DNA of 64,000 nt from Azolla caroliniana (lineage: Eukaryota > Plantae > Polypodiophyta), in contig JBHGNT010000020.1 of the NCBI GenBank assembly GCA_043228905.1, positions 13,330,001-13,394,000 on the forward strand, given 5' to 3'. The notes beneath the pieces are model-generated. The model was given only the letters and a program-made list of their open reading frames with translations, made no database searches and was not told where the DNA came from. The translations under genes and the position numbers were made by a program. Position 1 is the first letter of the stretch; every line of letters begins with the position of its first letter. Below are positions 1-13,901 of the stretch, in pieces.

Positions 1-74
1 AACAGCATAGACATACTTCAGGAATTCTGAGATGGAAATAAAAACAACAGAGATGAATAAAACAATCAATATAC

Positions 75-3000
75 CTGTATCGTTGATCGCTAAGAACTTT
101 GGCAAATCGACGGATAAAAGTTTTCAATGTTGTATCTTGATGATAGCGACTACTTGAAGAAGAGGAGTTTGGTGCTGTGATCTGGACAGACTTAGGAAGG
201 TCTGAGTTATCAGTCTCCAGAAACTCAATATCAATCACAAAATCATCCTCACTATCCTTCAATGGTTCTATATACACTGGGGTTTCTCTTGTTGCCAAAA
301 TTAAATCAGTTTCTTCACCAGTCCCATTATTTGTCATGTGTTCTTGTTCGGTTAATGCAGCAGCAACTAAGCTGATAGAAGGTGAAGTGTTATTAGGCTC
401 AACCCCTACTACAGATACCTTATCAAGGTCATCTGCATTTGAGAAAAAAGAAGCTTTTGGAAGACGTATGAATGATTGTCCATGGGGAGAATTTCCAAGC
501 TTTACAATGGAATTTCTATATGCTTTAGTTGTCTGCCCTCCGTGGAGGCACGTACTTGTGATTGCAGCAACAAAGTGTCGTTGTAGCAACCATTCATCAT
601 CAGGCAGCTCCTTCACAGCATCAAGAAGCTGACTGATGTGATCCTGAGTGTGTAGCCAAAAAATAATTTAAATTTTTTTGGGTTGAGATTAACAAGTGTT
701 ATGTAACAAGAAATTTCAAGAGGAACATGACAGAAGTCTTTAGCTGGAGCTACCTCAGAAACCTTCAAAGGTATATTGCTGGCACCATTTTTTTCATACA
801 TGGGATATGCAGAGGTGATAGATGTATATTTGAATAGCAGTTGGCGAAACCGCTCTCTACAATGTGCAGGGTTCCTATATCTTCCCCTGTATAGACCACC
901 GTCAGGAAGACCTGCCAAAGTTTCACTAGCAAGGTTCCAATTGCCACCATATTCATGTACAACAGCACAGAAGACAGCATCCTCAGCTGACATCCATGGA
1001 TCTGCAGGAGGATTTTTGTCTCCAGACCTCAATGTGTCCTTCTTCTTCTCCTTGTCAAGCTTCACCAAATTCCTCGAATGTGTTGCTGTGATTGAAAAAC
1101 CACTAGATTTTCTGTCAGACACCAGAAACGGATAATCAAGTAGTGCCACCATTGATCTCTCATCTTCAGGTTCCTCTCCCATATCGTACTTGCCATAAAA
1201 ATCCACCCTCATCTTTTTCTTGTGGCTTTCACTGATGATTTCTTCCTCCAGATATTTTCTTTTCTTTTGAGAAACTTCACGGTCTGGCAAGGACGCAAAG
1301 AGCCCTACAGGGCTTTGCCATTCAATATCATCAATGGCCTCAGTTTCAAGTTCAATTGTTTCTTCATCCCTTGTGATGACATCGCCTCCTTTGAGAGATT
1401 TAAACTTGGCTTTCTTCCATTTGCTTCTAAATTCTGCAGAGCTCACTGTATCTGTTACAACTGTTTCATCCTCCCTGTTAAAAACAGATCAATAAAATAA
1501 AGAAAGTGAGAAACAGCTGTTAGTCTACATGCTTGAATGAAACAACTGTATAGACTTTTTACAGACATATCTCAAACCATAACAAAATCAGATATTGAGA
1601 TCAAAGATTGCTATTTCAAAATAGTTCAGCATGCAGCATATTCAACTCAATACTTCATCTAACACCATTTCTGACATATGACACGCTTACAGCAGTACCA
1701 TCATGCTTGCTCATGAGCCTCCATACAACAATGAAAACTACATTGTAGGTTTTACTGTTTAATATCTTTGTCCTTTCTACCAAGTATTAGACATACATAC
1801 ATACTCAGAAGTTCAGAACAGCTGAAGCATATCAGAAATTGTCTACATTGTACAAATTGTAAACCAAAAAACTTGTCACATGGCTAATTTTTCCACAATC
1901 TTTGAGGACCAATATATTACCAGGAACTGGGCCCTAAAATATATTAATAACAAGTAAACACAAAAGTTTCTATCCAACTTCCATTTGACAAGCACCAATT
2001 CTAAAAATGTAGCAACACATAACATTCACATTTAGTGTAATGTTGCAAATGGACACTTAAACACGGAAAATGTGTTTTTTTAACTCAAACCTTTAATCCA
2101 AATAAGTAAAGTGCATGTAACATGTGACCTAGATCAGCCCGACTTATGGAACCACAGCTAGTAGAACAAAATCCCACAACGCAGAACTAAATAAGAGAAG
2201 CTATCCTTCCTTAAAACGGCAATGCACAATCATGATCTTAATTTATATGTTTGGCCAAATTCAAAAAGACCTGCAAATAATATCTTGGAGAAATGTCAAC
2301 ACCCCCCTAACTTGTTGGGTAATCACCAAATAATCCTAGATTTTGAACATTATACCCCCTGTAGTACAAAGTTTACTGCTAGAAAGAAGTATTCTGATAC
2401 TTTCTCAAAACCTAGGGATAGTCAGGTAGATATCCAGATGTTAATGGTAGTTTGGTGTTTTGTTAAAATAACATTTACCTTTCAATATCCTGCATCTCTT
2501 CCTCCAACTGAAGTTGATGTTCATACTCCTGCACACATGCGGGAACAAAATTTTCAGTGGGATCAATCGATAAATGGTAAAAGTCCAAAACACTTCTTAC
2601 AAACCTGTTGTTTAAGAGCTTCAAGTTGTTGGCGATATGCTTCATCAGCATAGGAAGTGTCCCAACCTAGGAACCAAATTTATTATGTCAGACACAATGC
2701 ATAAAACCCATTTAACAGCTGACAATAATGGCCAGGTTACATGCTTACTTTCATAAATAAGGGGTTCGTTGTCCTCGTCTATCTCTGCTTCCTGTGCCTG
2801 TTTCAGTGTCTCCAATCGATCTAACTCCCACTCCGTCTCTTGAAAAGCGACTTCATTTTCAATTGCAACTTTGTCAACGATAGGGTTCCATACCTCAAGA
2901 AAGCGCATGGCATACTTCTCAGTAGGGCAGAGCTGATCATCAAAGGAAACACCACCATTTCCAGCAGCAGCTGCAGCAGCAGCCATTTGTTTCACATCTG

Positions 3001-6000
3001 CTAGCATATCCATGTCTTCATCAAGATCTACATCTATTGCACCTATATCCTGAGATGTTATTGCATGAGAAGCATCATCAGCGTCCATTTTGCTAGGCAG
3101 TTCACTGGACAGCAAGCCTTTCTCGGATGTGGCTTTCCCCTCATCCAGATCATCAGCATATTCATCCTCCTCCATCCTACCAGAATAGGCCTCCTCTGTG
3201 AATTCCTGGTGTTCAGCTGCTTCTTCCTGTTCAACTTTCTTCAAAGCCATGTAATCAGCCTCATCTTCAGCAATCCTTAGAGCGGCCTCAACATCTGCAT
3301 TTGAGAGTTCTTGCCCTGGAGCTTGGGCAGCCCCACTTGTCTCTGATGTTGATTCTGATAGTGCTTGTTGCCCAACTTTTACCCCCTTCAGACCAGATAA
3401 AAGTTCTGAAGGGTCAAGCTTTTTGAAAAATTCAGTGTTATAACTGCCACTCTGGATGACAAGGTTATCTAAGAAACGCTTCTGGTTGGCTTTCTTTAAG
3501 ATATTCTCCTCAATTGTGCTTTCACTAATTAGTCTATAAATATGAACCTCCCTTGTTTGACCAATGCGATGACACCGATCTTGAGCTTGTTGATCCATAG
3601 CTGGATTCCAATCACTGTCATAAAATATCACTGTATCAGCACCAACTAAATTCACCCCTACACCTCCACTTCGTGTTGAGAGAATAAAGAGAAAGATTTT
3701 TGGATTTGTATTGAAGCGTTGCATGGAAATCTGACGGTCCTCAGGTTTTGTTGAGCCATCCAGTCTCAAATATGTATAACCATGCAGATTGACAAAGCTC
3801 TCTAGAACATCAAGCATCTTAGTCATCTGCGTGAAAATCAGTGCCCTGTGACCCTCTGATTTTAAGCGGCGTAACAATACAGCTAGCTGCTGAAGCTTTC
3901 CACAGTCGAACTGAATCAACTTCCTATCTGGAAAAAATAACTGGCTGCGAATAAGAACTGGCCTCAGAAAGCCCATTGATGAGCTGATCTTATCAATGGA
4001 GGCCTGGTCAAAATCGTTCTTTGAGAGGACATTGCAGGCTGCAGGATGGCTACACCATGCAACAGGGGGTAGAGATCGTGCAGCGGGTATCGCAAATATA
4101 AAAGCTTGAAGGAGGTCCATCATCAGCTCACAGCGAGTGGATGGCAGCTGTATTACATCTAAAAGAGAAGACGATACTTCTAAAGATTGAGATGGATTAG
4201 CAAGCCTTTTATGAATATCATACAGATGATGGTGAACAGTAACTTGATTTATGACTTCTTTTCCATAAAGTGGAGTCCTGCTAGATCGCATGGCATTCAA
4301 CCAAGCCAAGGCTGCAATCCTCTGTCGTTTTGCCTCTCTTCTCTCTTGGTGCAAAGCATCATGAACCTCGGAAAAAATGTTTTCCAGTATGCTTTTGCCA
4401 GTGCCAGTTTGTACTGCAGTTGATACATCTTCAGAATTTCCTAACTCCTCAATTAAGCATGTTGGAACAGCAATCCTTTTCACTTCAACAGCCTCCCATG
4501 CTGACATTTCAAACTCAAGCTGAGTAAGCAACAGATTCCATTTTACTAAATCCAACATTCCAGGCTTGGAGGAGGCTGATGCAACAAGAGAGCTCACATG
4601 AAGATCAATCCCAGGCATGTCGAAGGAACTGATGATTGGTCTACCTTCAAATAAGTCGGGATGATTGCAAACCTTTCTTAACTGCATTAATACATTAAGA
4701 AGCCCTAAAAAATTTCCACTAGATAATGTGGCTTGAGTATCTGAATTTGCCATGAAGTCTTCATACAAGTTTCGCTGCCGCTTGGACAACCTACATTTAA
4801 TCACATGCTCAAACTTTCCTGGAAGTTGCTTCTCCACATCTTGCTTTAGACGTCGTAAGATGAATGGTCTCAAGACATTATGCAAGCGATCTACAAGTGC
4901 CTTGTTAACCTGCTCTTGACCTTCTACCATACCAGTTATGGGATTGTTGAACCAATCTCGAAACTGCTGATGTGACTGAAATATGTGAGGCATAAGAAAA
5001 TGCATTAGAGACCAAAGTTCCATTAAATCATTTTGGAGAGGCGTTCCTGTTAGAAGTATTCTTCTTTTTGAGTTGAAGTTCAATAGAGTTTGCCATCTTT
5101 GAGACTTCCAGTTTTTAATCAAGTGAGCCTCATCCAAAATAAGATATTTCCATTTCTTCCGTTTGAAAGCTTTTGCATCCTGTATAACCAATCTATATGT
5201 CGTGATGCACACATGAAAAGAATTGGGCTTGGACCATCCTTGGCGCTTGACTTTCCGTTCCTTTGCAGTTCCAAAATATGTCAGCACTTTGAAAGCAGGA
5301 CACCACTTCATCAACTCTGTTTCCCAATTAAGCATCACACTTGTTGGTACTACAATCAAGTGGGGACCCCAAATCCCTTTCTCACAAGCTAAATGAGCAA
5401 GCAGAGCTATAGTCATGATGGTCTTCCCAAGGCCCATTTCATCTGCCAGAATCCCATTTAAACGCCGCTCATACATGGTGACTAACCAGTCCAGGCCTAT
5501 GTGCTGATATTCCCGAAGAGAGTGCTTCAGAAGAAATGGCAATTTTGTGCGCACCTTAGTTGTGGAGAAAGTAAATCCAGTTGGTTGAGCAGATTGAGCT
5601 GCCTCAGCAGCATCAATAAGATTGTAGTTGTCCTTGTCTTCCTCGTCCTTCTCTCCATCATCATTCTCTCCCTCCTCCCTCTCACCTATCTCATGTTTAT
5701 GCTCGTCATCACCATTTTCTGGTTCCTCGTCATTGTCTTCTCTGTCACTTTTTTCTATTTCCTCACCATTCTCTTCATTTTCCTCTTTCATTCCTTCATC
5801 TATCTCACTTTCTTCATCCTCGTCTCCTTCCTCGTCGTCCTCTACTTCATCATCGCTGACTTCTAGCATATCAAAAAGCAGATAATATCTTGTTAGACAG
5901 GCTCATGTTAACATGAAACTCGCTATTGATATACATTATCCTTTATTATTATATCATGCTGCTGTATGACTAATTACCAAATATGAATGTGACTCCCTGT

Positions 6001-9000
6001 CTACTATGCGATAGAAACATACCATTGAAGGGGTGCTGTGCTAGTGTGATCATGGATATATCACAAACAAACTATACATGTCAAGACGGATAACAGAAAA
6101 TTAAAGCACAACTGAAATAAAATTCTAGTAAATAACCAAGGTCAGGTTAGTTATTCAACCTCTTCTTGAGCTATACATTTTTAAAATCTCTTCAATCGGA
6201 AGAGAGCTCTCTCTTTCAAGAGCTAACAATTCTTCCTTTCTCTCATCTTCTGTTATCAAAGCTTCATCAGCCTCCATAGTAGAGAAATCATCTTCCTGTA
6301 AATAAGAACAATATTTTCTAGTTACATGATTAGAAAAAATTGGAACACCATTGCGAAGATAGAGCTTGCAAACATCTTTGAAATACTCACTGTCTCCTCT
6401 GTGTTCTCCAGTAGAAATTCAGCATCTTCATCTTTTTTCCCTTTCTTGCTAAGAGATGGAACTCCTTTTTCATCGTCCTCTAAATCAACTCTTACAGTAT
6501 TCTCAATAACTTCCTAGATTCCGAGATGAAATAGAGCTTGACTTAACCCTTGACCAAAGGCAATATACATAATCATATCTGATAACACTTACAATTTTCT
6601 CTGCCTTCATCATAGAAATTTCAGCAAGTTCATGGTGGTCACCAGCTTTCATGTTCAGCCTTTCTTCTCTATGTCGCTTATTTGAAGTTATCAAAGCTTC
6701 ATCGATCTCTTGTGATTTAGACACACCAGAAATCTTCTCTACTGCAAGTGAGATTTTATTAGCCAGAGAGCCATAATAAACCTTTTACAAGGAAATGGAT
6801 GCTTCAAGGATTTGCCCGCGAACCTCTTGAATCTCCAGAAGCAGAGGGAGGTCGTGATTCTTCAGCAGGAGTGTCCAGCCATATCTCAGCAAGCATGGTT
6901 GAATATCTATAATAACAAGCATACATTAAATTTCATACCCATATTTGGTTACTAAAACCCCTCTCTTGACCAAGAGAAATCAATGTAATAAACGCACCTC
7001 TCTGTTTGACCAACTAGAAAGTCAAGATGCTTATCCAATGCTTTTTTCTTTCTTCCTTCAACTTCCAACTGGTGTTTGTAGAGTATCTGCAATATTCTCG
7101 GTCACGTAAGGAAATACTTTCATAGATTATGAAATCCCTCAGCCAAACAAAGAACAGAACTCAAAAAATTGTACCAGCTTCTCGATCTTCGTCCAGAACT
7201 TTTTTACATCTTTGGCAATGTTACTAGCAAGCCTGCGAATGCGTTGTTCTTCTTCCTGATTGATACAGAACATTACAAAATAAAATCAGGTCTTCATTGT
7301 CGTCATATCTTTAAACAGAAGTAGATTTTTCTCCAATATATGAGAAAATGAGGAACATAATGGAAACACTCTTTGTTGATCATACAAACTCCAAGTTCCC
7401 AATAAAAACAAAGGTTAGACAGAATTAACAGTAGACTAAAGGCAGTAATCCGGAACCAGAGGCATAAAGATGTAATGTGAAATACAAACATTACAAAGCC
7501 CACATTTCCCTTCACCATTGGAAAGGTTGGGTGGTGCCACCAACTTATATTCATATTCCATGTTAAGTAGACTGTGAGGCATACCATTGCAACTCTACAG
7601 TGTCCTCTCTATTTGTTATACTTCTTGTTCTCATAGTTCTTAAGTGTCCATTCTCTCCTCCGGTCTACCTAGTGCAGCCTCCATCTCTTTCACTCCTGCC
7701 TCTCTTCCACCATGTCTAGCAATTACTATTGGCAGGTTGTAAAATTATTTAAATGTTTTAAACGCTTAAGATTTTCTATAAGACATGTTGAAGCTCTCAT
7801 ATTTCAATATGCACGTTCGATAGAGGAAATATATTTCTACCTGTTTTTCATCAACATGTTCACCCAACCCCATTTCCTTACTCAGGGAACTCTGTTTCAT
7901 GGAACCCTGTTCCCAAACCATGCACTATGCTACTGAAGTGTCACTTTTGGCTCATAAAACATCTTTGTATACTTCCAATTTCTATGAACACAATGTAAGG
8001 CAGGGTCTAAGGCCACATAAACTATCATGCAAGTTGCAAACAAAGCATCACACTCTAGACGAACTCAGAAATAATATCAATCAATTAAGACACAGCAGTT
8101 CTCCATGCCTAGAACAACTAACTGTCATGTGGACACCCTTCACCGAAGCAACTGTGGTTGCCATGGCTAATACAACACATGTGTCGACCATGATCAACCT
8201 CTTCGGCACTCCATGAACACCTCAGACCATTCTTGAAATATCTATCCAAACCCTGCTTCACCTAGCAGCCTGGAAATAGGTGTTCTATACAAAATACGTT
8301 TCCTCTCCATTCAAGCATCGAAACTTCATCACTACATCACCCACCTCCAACCATTAGCTGGCTTGCTCTGTGCTATATCCAGGCCATTCTACAGACAAAT
8401 TATCAGGGACAGATGAGCTATTTCCATAGCTATTACCTTTCCTATTTTTAGAGGGAATTGTCCTTCTGCATACCGCAAACTCCCCACTCTAGACTACTTC
8501 GACTTGTCCTTCTGCATACCGCAAACTCCCCACTCCTTCACCGAAGCAACTGTGGTTGCCATGGCTAATACAACACATGTGTCGACCATGATCAACCTCT
8601 TCGGCACTCCATGAACACCTCAGACCATTCTTGAAATAGCTATCCAAACCCTGCTTCACCTAGCAGCCTGGAAATAGGTGTTCTATACAAAATACGTTTC
8701 CTCTCCATTCAAGCATCGAAACTTCATCACTACATCACCCACCTCCAACCATTAGTTGGCTTGCTCTGTGCTATATCCAGGCCATTCTACAGACAAATTA
8801 TCAGGGACAGATGAGCTATTTCCATAGCTATTACCTTTCCTATTTTTAGAGGGAATTGTCCTTCTGCATACCACAAACTCCCCACTCTAGACTACTTCGA
8901 CTTGAACACCCAGGTGACCATCGATTACAGGAGTCTACGAAAAGCTTTCAATTTCACACAGATGCACAAAATAACTAAATAACTTACTACCAAACCACTC

Positions 9001-11056
9001 AGAAAAGAAGATGGCTATTTTTTGCCAATATGGTTTGTGTGGACTGTACATGCTTAGCAACAAGCATGGAATGGTGCTTGAGTATTGGAGGAATTCAGTT
9101 TACTCAGTAGCTCCCTCAACTAGTCCAATGCCCTTGAGGATGATGCTATTCAAGAAATTTTAGTGCACCAACGTGAGGTAGTGATCTACACTACTTGATC
9201 TTTGAAGACGTGTACATTAAAGCTACCCGACAGATCACATCCATGTCAAGCAACGACAACAATCTACTCTTCCCCCTCAACAACACCCCTCACACCCTGC
9301 CTCCTCAGTAATCACCCCCATAACCTAACCGAAGCCCACCCACAGGTGGTACCCCAACCAACCTAAATAACAGCCTCACTTGCCAAAAGCTCACCAGTCT
9401 CTGGAGCGGCGTTGCAATTCTTCCATCATCCTATCAATGCAACTTTGAGACAATGATTGACGCGAAATTCTTCCCTGCCTAGGCTGCTTTCGAACATAAC
9501 CCTGCATCAATTTTTGCTTTGGATAACCAACAACAGCCCCTTTCCTTCTCTAAACATCCAACACCTTCAGCAATTAACAAATCATTACCCACCATGCCAT
9601 GCCCGACCCACAGTGCTACATGCCAAGAAAACCTTTCTCACCAACCCCAAATTCAATCAACCAACCCGGCCCAATTCAACATCCCCAACTCCCCACTATC
9701 CCCCTGTTATGTCCCTACCTACACCAATTATCCATGGTCACCTGCCCCCAGTACACTCCAAAAGCTCCAAACCCTCAGCAGCCAACTATAATTATTTTTA
9801 ATGAGGTACGGTTAAGTTTAGTTAAGTCATTTAAGTGCAGTCAATGCATCTCAATTATTAGAGAGGGAAAGAGTTTTTTTAAGTGAAGCTCACTTGAGTG
9901 ATTAGCACTAGCACAAGCAAGCTAAGGGATGAATTGATATCTGCCTCACCAGCATTAGGTTACACATCAACCCCACCCACCCAGTGTGGAGGGAGGACCC
10001 TGTTGAAGAAATCTGTTTATGAAAAGCTCCTAAAGCTCCATACAATTTCTTTTTTGTATTTTTCTGGATGTCAAGGCATTACACCAGAGGCATCATTGGA
10101 TGTTACTTCTCTAGTCTCATAGGTCATTATGGAATTTTGTCATGCACATAGCTATGACTCCATCATCCTTGTTATCGACTAATCAAGGTCATTCATTATC
10201 ACCCAATTGCGGAAGTTCTTCCCTCACTTTGAAGACCTCTCCATCTTGGGATTGCCCCATGTTGGAGATATTTCAAAAGCAGATGCTTTAGCTCATCTAA
10301 GCTCACAAAGTTCAAGATTAGCTAATGGGGATATCTGGTATCTCAGGTCGACTTTCTAATGTAGTTTAGAGTTATTTTGATTAGTTGTTCTCCGAGATAA
10401 GACAACATTTTGAGATTTTATCTCTCATTCAGTTTCAAGTGCCATCTTGGCAAATTAAAAGAGCTCTCTCTCGCTCCCTCACAAACAAACAAACAATGTG
10501 CACCTTTTGGCGTCGGAGTCCTTTGGATTCGGTTGAGAGCCCACTTTTGCAGACCTTCACTGCTATCTTCTTGGCCTGGCTAATCTTCATCTTCCTCTCG
10601 CTCTCGAAATCCTACACAAAATAGTGTACCAATTTAACCACATTCTCCTCTGATGTGCTAATGTACTTCTAGAAAACCCCATGCCTCAGCATTAATTTAG
10701 GAGCAAAAATAAATAAAAGGAAAGAGAGAAACGGAGACATTAACTAAGCATGCCATTTCTTCAAGGGCATCAATAGAGAGGCAATAATATAGAAAAGATG
10801 GAGAGAAAAGGAAATACCTTTGCAAGTCGAAGCATTTCTTAATGGGGTTATAGGGTGTATTTACATCAATACAAAAGCAAGAAAAAAAAAATAGAGAAGG
10901 GAAATACATATACATGAGAAGATGGATAGAGAGAGAGAGAGAGAGAGAGAATTTTACCTTGGCAAGCCATGCCATTTCTTCAAGAACATAGTCCCAATGG
11001 GTCTTTAGGCGAGAGGGCTCCTTGCCTCTACTAGCTATTCTCTTGTCTGGCTCCAT
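75..11056 (-). CDS. PIE1: PIE1/SWR1 (SRCAP-like) SNF2 chromatin-remodelling ATPase, multi-exon, 3' end outside window
   Basis: HSA domain KTHWDYVLEEMAWLAK/DFESERK, SNF2_N motifs LADEMGLGKT and LILDEAH, HELICc DSDWNPAMDQQAQDRCHRIGQ, SANT-like WMSAEDAVFCAVVHEYGGNWNL. Phase-consistent exons: 10958-11056, 10504-10611, 7175-7255, 6998-7086, 6824-6906, 6593-6741, 6391-6513, 6160-6295, 2749-5862, 2605-2666, 2479-2528, 754-1474, 75-643. An alternative in-frame ATG lies at 11080. Confidence 0.95.
8136..8903. repeat. Near-identical tandem duplication (~400 bp unit x2) in PIE1 intron 2
   Basis: ccttcaccgaagcaactgtggttgcc starts at ~8137 and again at ~8536. ttgtccttctgcatacc(g/a)caaactccccactc occurs three times (~8458, ~8503, ~8856). 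Confidence 0.9.
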
Positions 11057-13901
11057 GGCTGAAGCAGAGGAGGTCCACATTTTTTATTTTTTTTTCCCCT
11101 GTTCTTTCTTTTCTCCTCCCGGTGTAAGTTAGCTATGGAATAGTTTTTTACGTTCCAGCTGGCAAGAGCGAGGGGACCCAAGAGAGAGGAAAGGGAGGGA
11201 AAGGGAGAAGCACATATCCGGATCACTTGAGAGAGAAAGAAGAAAGGGGGGGGGGGATTAAAATTTTTGATGGTGGGAAGGCGAGCTATGGCGATGGAAG
11301 GTGTGTGAGTGAGCAGTGGAAGGAGAGGAGCAGAAGATCGATTCTCTGTCTCTGTCTCTGTCTCTGTGTGTTTGGGTTTTTGGTTCTTCTGCGCGGACGT
11401 GAGGGCTGCAGGGATTTAATTGCGATTTATGATATGCAGAGCATTCGGCTCGATTCCGTTGCGGCACGTTCACACAATTCCCTACTATATATACATTATT
11501 ACATACATACATAATATGAACCATACTTTGCATTTTTCGCATTCGCGAATGTTTCAATCATTCCGAATATGTTAAACACCATCAACGTATGGTAAATACC
11601 ATACTTTTGTATTCATTATTTATTTATTGTAAGGTAAATTTTTTTTTAAGCCAAGAACGTTAAGGTAAAAAGTATAAAAAAGAAAACATAAGAATGTTTT
11701 GATAACATGTGCATTCGTTTTCATTCGTATAAAAGGAATGTTTGCCGATGCATTCGAGTATATTACGTACTTATATGTACTTATATGTATATATGTATAT
11801 ATAACACACCACAAACAAAAATACTTTGCTTCTCTTCTCTTCTCTTCTCTTCTTAAATGAATGAAGTGTTCCCTCACAACTTAAAGAATTAAGTTTATGA
11901 CTGCATACCTTGGCACTGCAACACTTCCCAAGGTATCTATCTATCTATGAGATGTGCTCATCTCTTTGGGGAAATGTGATTCGCTTAAGGGAGTTTTAAG
12001 TCAGCACAATGATGCATATACATAACAAAGAGATTATTGATACGGTGTATGCGCACGACCAGTGTACAGTACCTTCTCGCTCAATGAGCACAATGCATGT
12101 TCCTCGATTGTCCACTATCACAAAGAAATTGGAGATGTTTTCTTTGTGGGCTAATGATGCACAATGTCACATCATTGCCTTGATATGCTCGTTTAATGAA
12201 ACTTTGATTCATGTCCTGACAAAAATGTTTGCCTTAGACTTCTTGTCATTGAAACTCCAACATGTGACTATACAATGGCCAACCAAGAGCACGGTGCATT
12301 AATGAGATCCTTTAAGTTTCACCTTGGGGTTTTTATCATATAGACATTAAAGGGGATTGTGATGGCAGAGAAATTGAACATCCGATTATCTTTGCATTTG
12401 GATCGTGTCTCCTTATGCAATCGAGAGATAATTTCACAAGGCATATCCAACATATGCAAAAAAGAATGCGATATGGAATGCAAACCAAAGAAGAAAGAGA
12501 GAATACCAAGGCACAAGAACGTAGATGCTTTGCCAAATGTTGTTACTAGATCAAAAATCCCAAAATGTGATTCAAAGGAAAGCCTCAACGACGTAAGAGC
12601 TCAACCAAACACCATTCCAAGCAGGACCTTTGTCGAGAATATCAATAACTCAAAAAGAAAGCGACACATAATATAAATAGAAGAATAGATAGACAAATTT
12701 TACAATTGTCTTTGAAGGTCAAATATGACCAACGAGTCCAACAAATATACAATGTTTTTTCATGTAAACACATGTGAAAGTGAGAAACAACCCTTGATGT
12801 TCAAGAACTTTACTAATGAATGTCAAATTTGAGAGTGCACACTGTGACAGTGAGAGAAATTTGTGCATGGAACGCATATTTGGAAGTGATCAAAGGTAGA
12901 GCATTGTATCAAAGTGTGCATAGTCGATTACACTCATCACTTGTGCCCCAATGCCCCATCTCACATCATAGCAAGTGTAATTGAAATGCTTCAGGAAATG
13001 GCATTACTGTATTGGAAGCTTGAAAATGATGGATTAAACAATGTGGAGTGCAGTGTGTAAAAAATGATGGCTAATTCCTAGTATATATGCATAACCTCGA
13101 ACTTGGAGCATATATGTGTAGGGAAATATTGGTCTTTTTTGGTGTAGTTTGGAATAGTTGACAAATGGGTCAATAATAAAGATCGATGTCACTATATAGA
13201 ACTATACATGAGATTACCACCTTCGATGAAGTGAATACACTAAAGCTTCTACAACATTATGGGAAAGACTTTGATTAGATTGATTTCCACTTCTACAAAA
13301 TTTTGAACATGGGAAATCTTTCAAGAGGTTTCTAGAACGCCACAAGCTAGACTAAAACCATTCTCTACAATTTATCAAGAATAATGCAAATTTCTTTATT
13401 TCCTAGATCCGTTTCAAACGAATCGTGAGGCCGCTAATCCAACTAGTAGCCCTGGGATATGCTAAAAAGGCCTCGTTGCAGAGGGAGCTTGGTCGGACAC
13501 CATTATAGGGACTAGGAGGACCCTCTCGAAAGGCCTAGCAAAAAAAGAAACAAACAGAAGGAGAGACCAACTAGGAAGTGTTTACAAGGAAGGGAAAAAA
13601 CACTTGGGGAACAAAAGTGACAACAAGACTTTGGACACTTTTACGGGGTACAAACTTGGGGTCGAACCAACGACAACATTAACATTGGGTTGGGGTCTAC
13701 TTTTATAATTAAACGAAACGTTTGGACCCCAAATTCCCTTTCATTTCCTCATCAGGCTTTTTAGGGTTTCGTCCTTCTCCTGATCTGGCCAGAGAAACGA
13801 ACAGAGACGATGATGAGAATCGCAGCTCTGTGATCATCAGGTTGGTTGGTTCAATCGAAACCCTCTTTGTTTCTGATCACCCCTGCATTTCATAGATCGA
13901 A

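Noticed and set aside
177-5885. Plus-strand ORFs overlapping PIE1 (e.g. 177-632, 5501-5866, 5628-5885)
   Set aside because: Antisense shadows of PIE1 exons and its acidic low-complexity tract.
6240-6710. DEALIT motif repeated in two PIE1 exons
   Set aside because: Acidic repeats between the HSA and ATPase domains are expected in SWR1-family proteins, so this is not distinctive.
7300-10400. Possible decayed LINE and C-rich ORFs (9457-9886) in PIE1 intron 2
   Set aside because: No diagnostic motif recognised; the ORFs reflect compositional bias.
11900-13330. Possible transposase remnant between PIE1 and ATG18
   Set aside because: Too degenerate to assign without a search.
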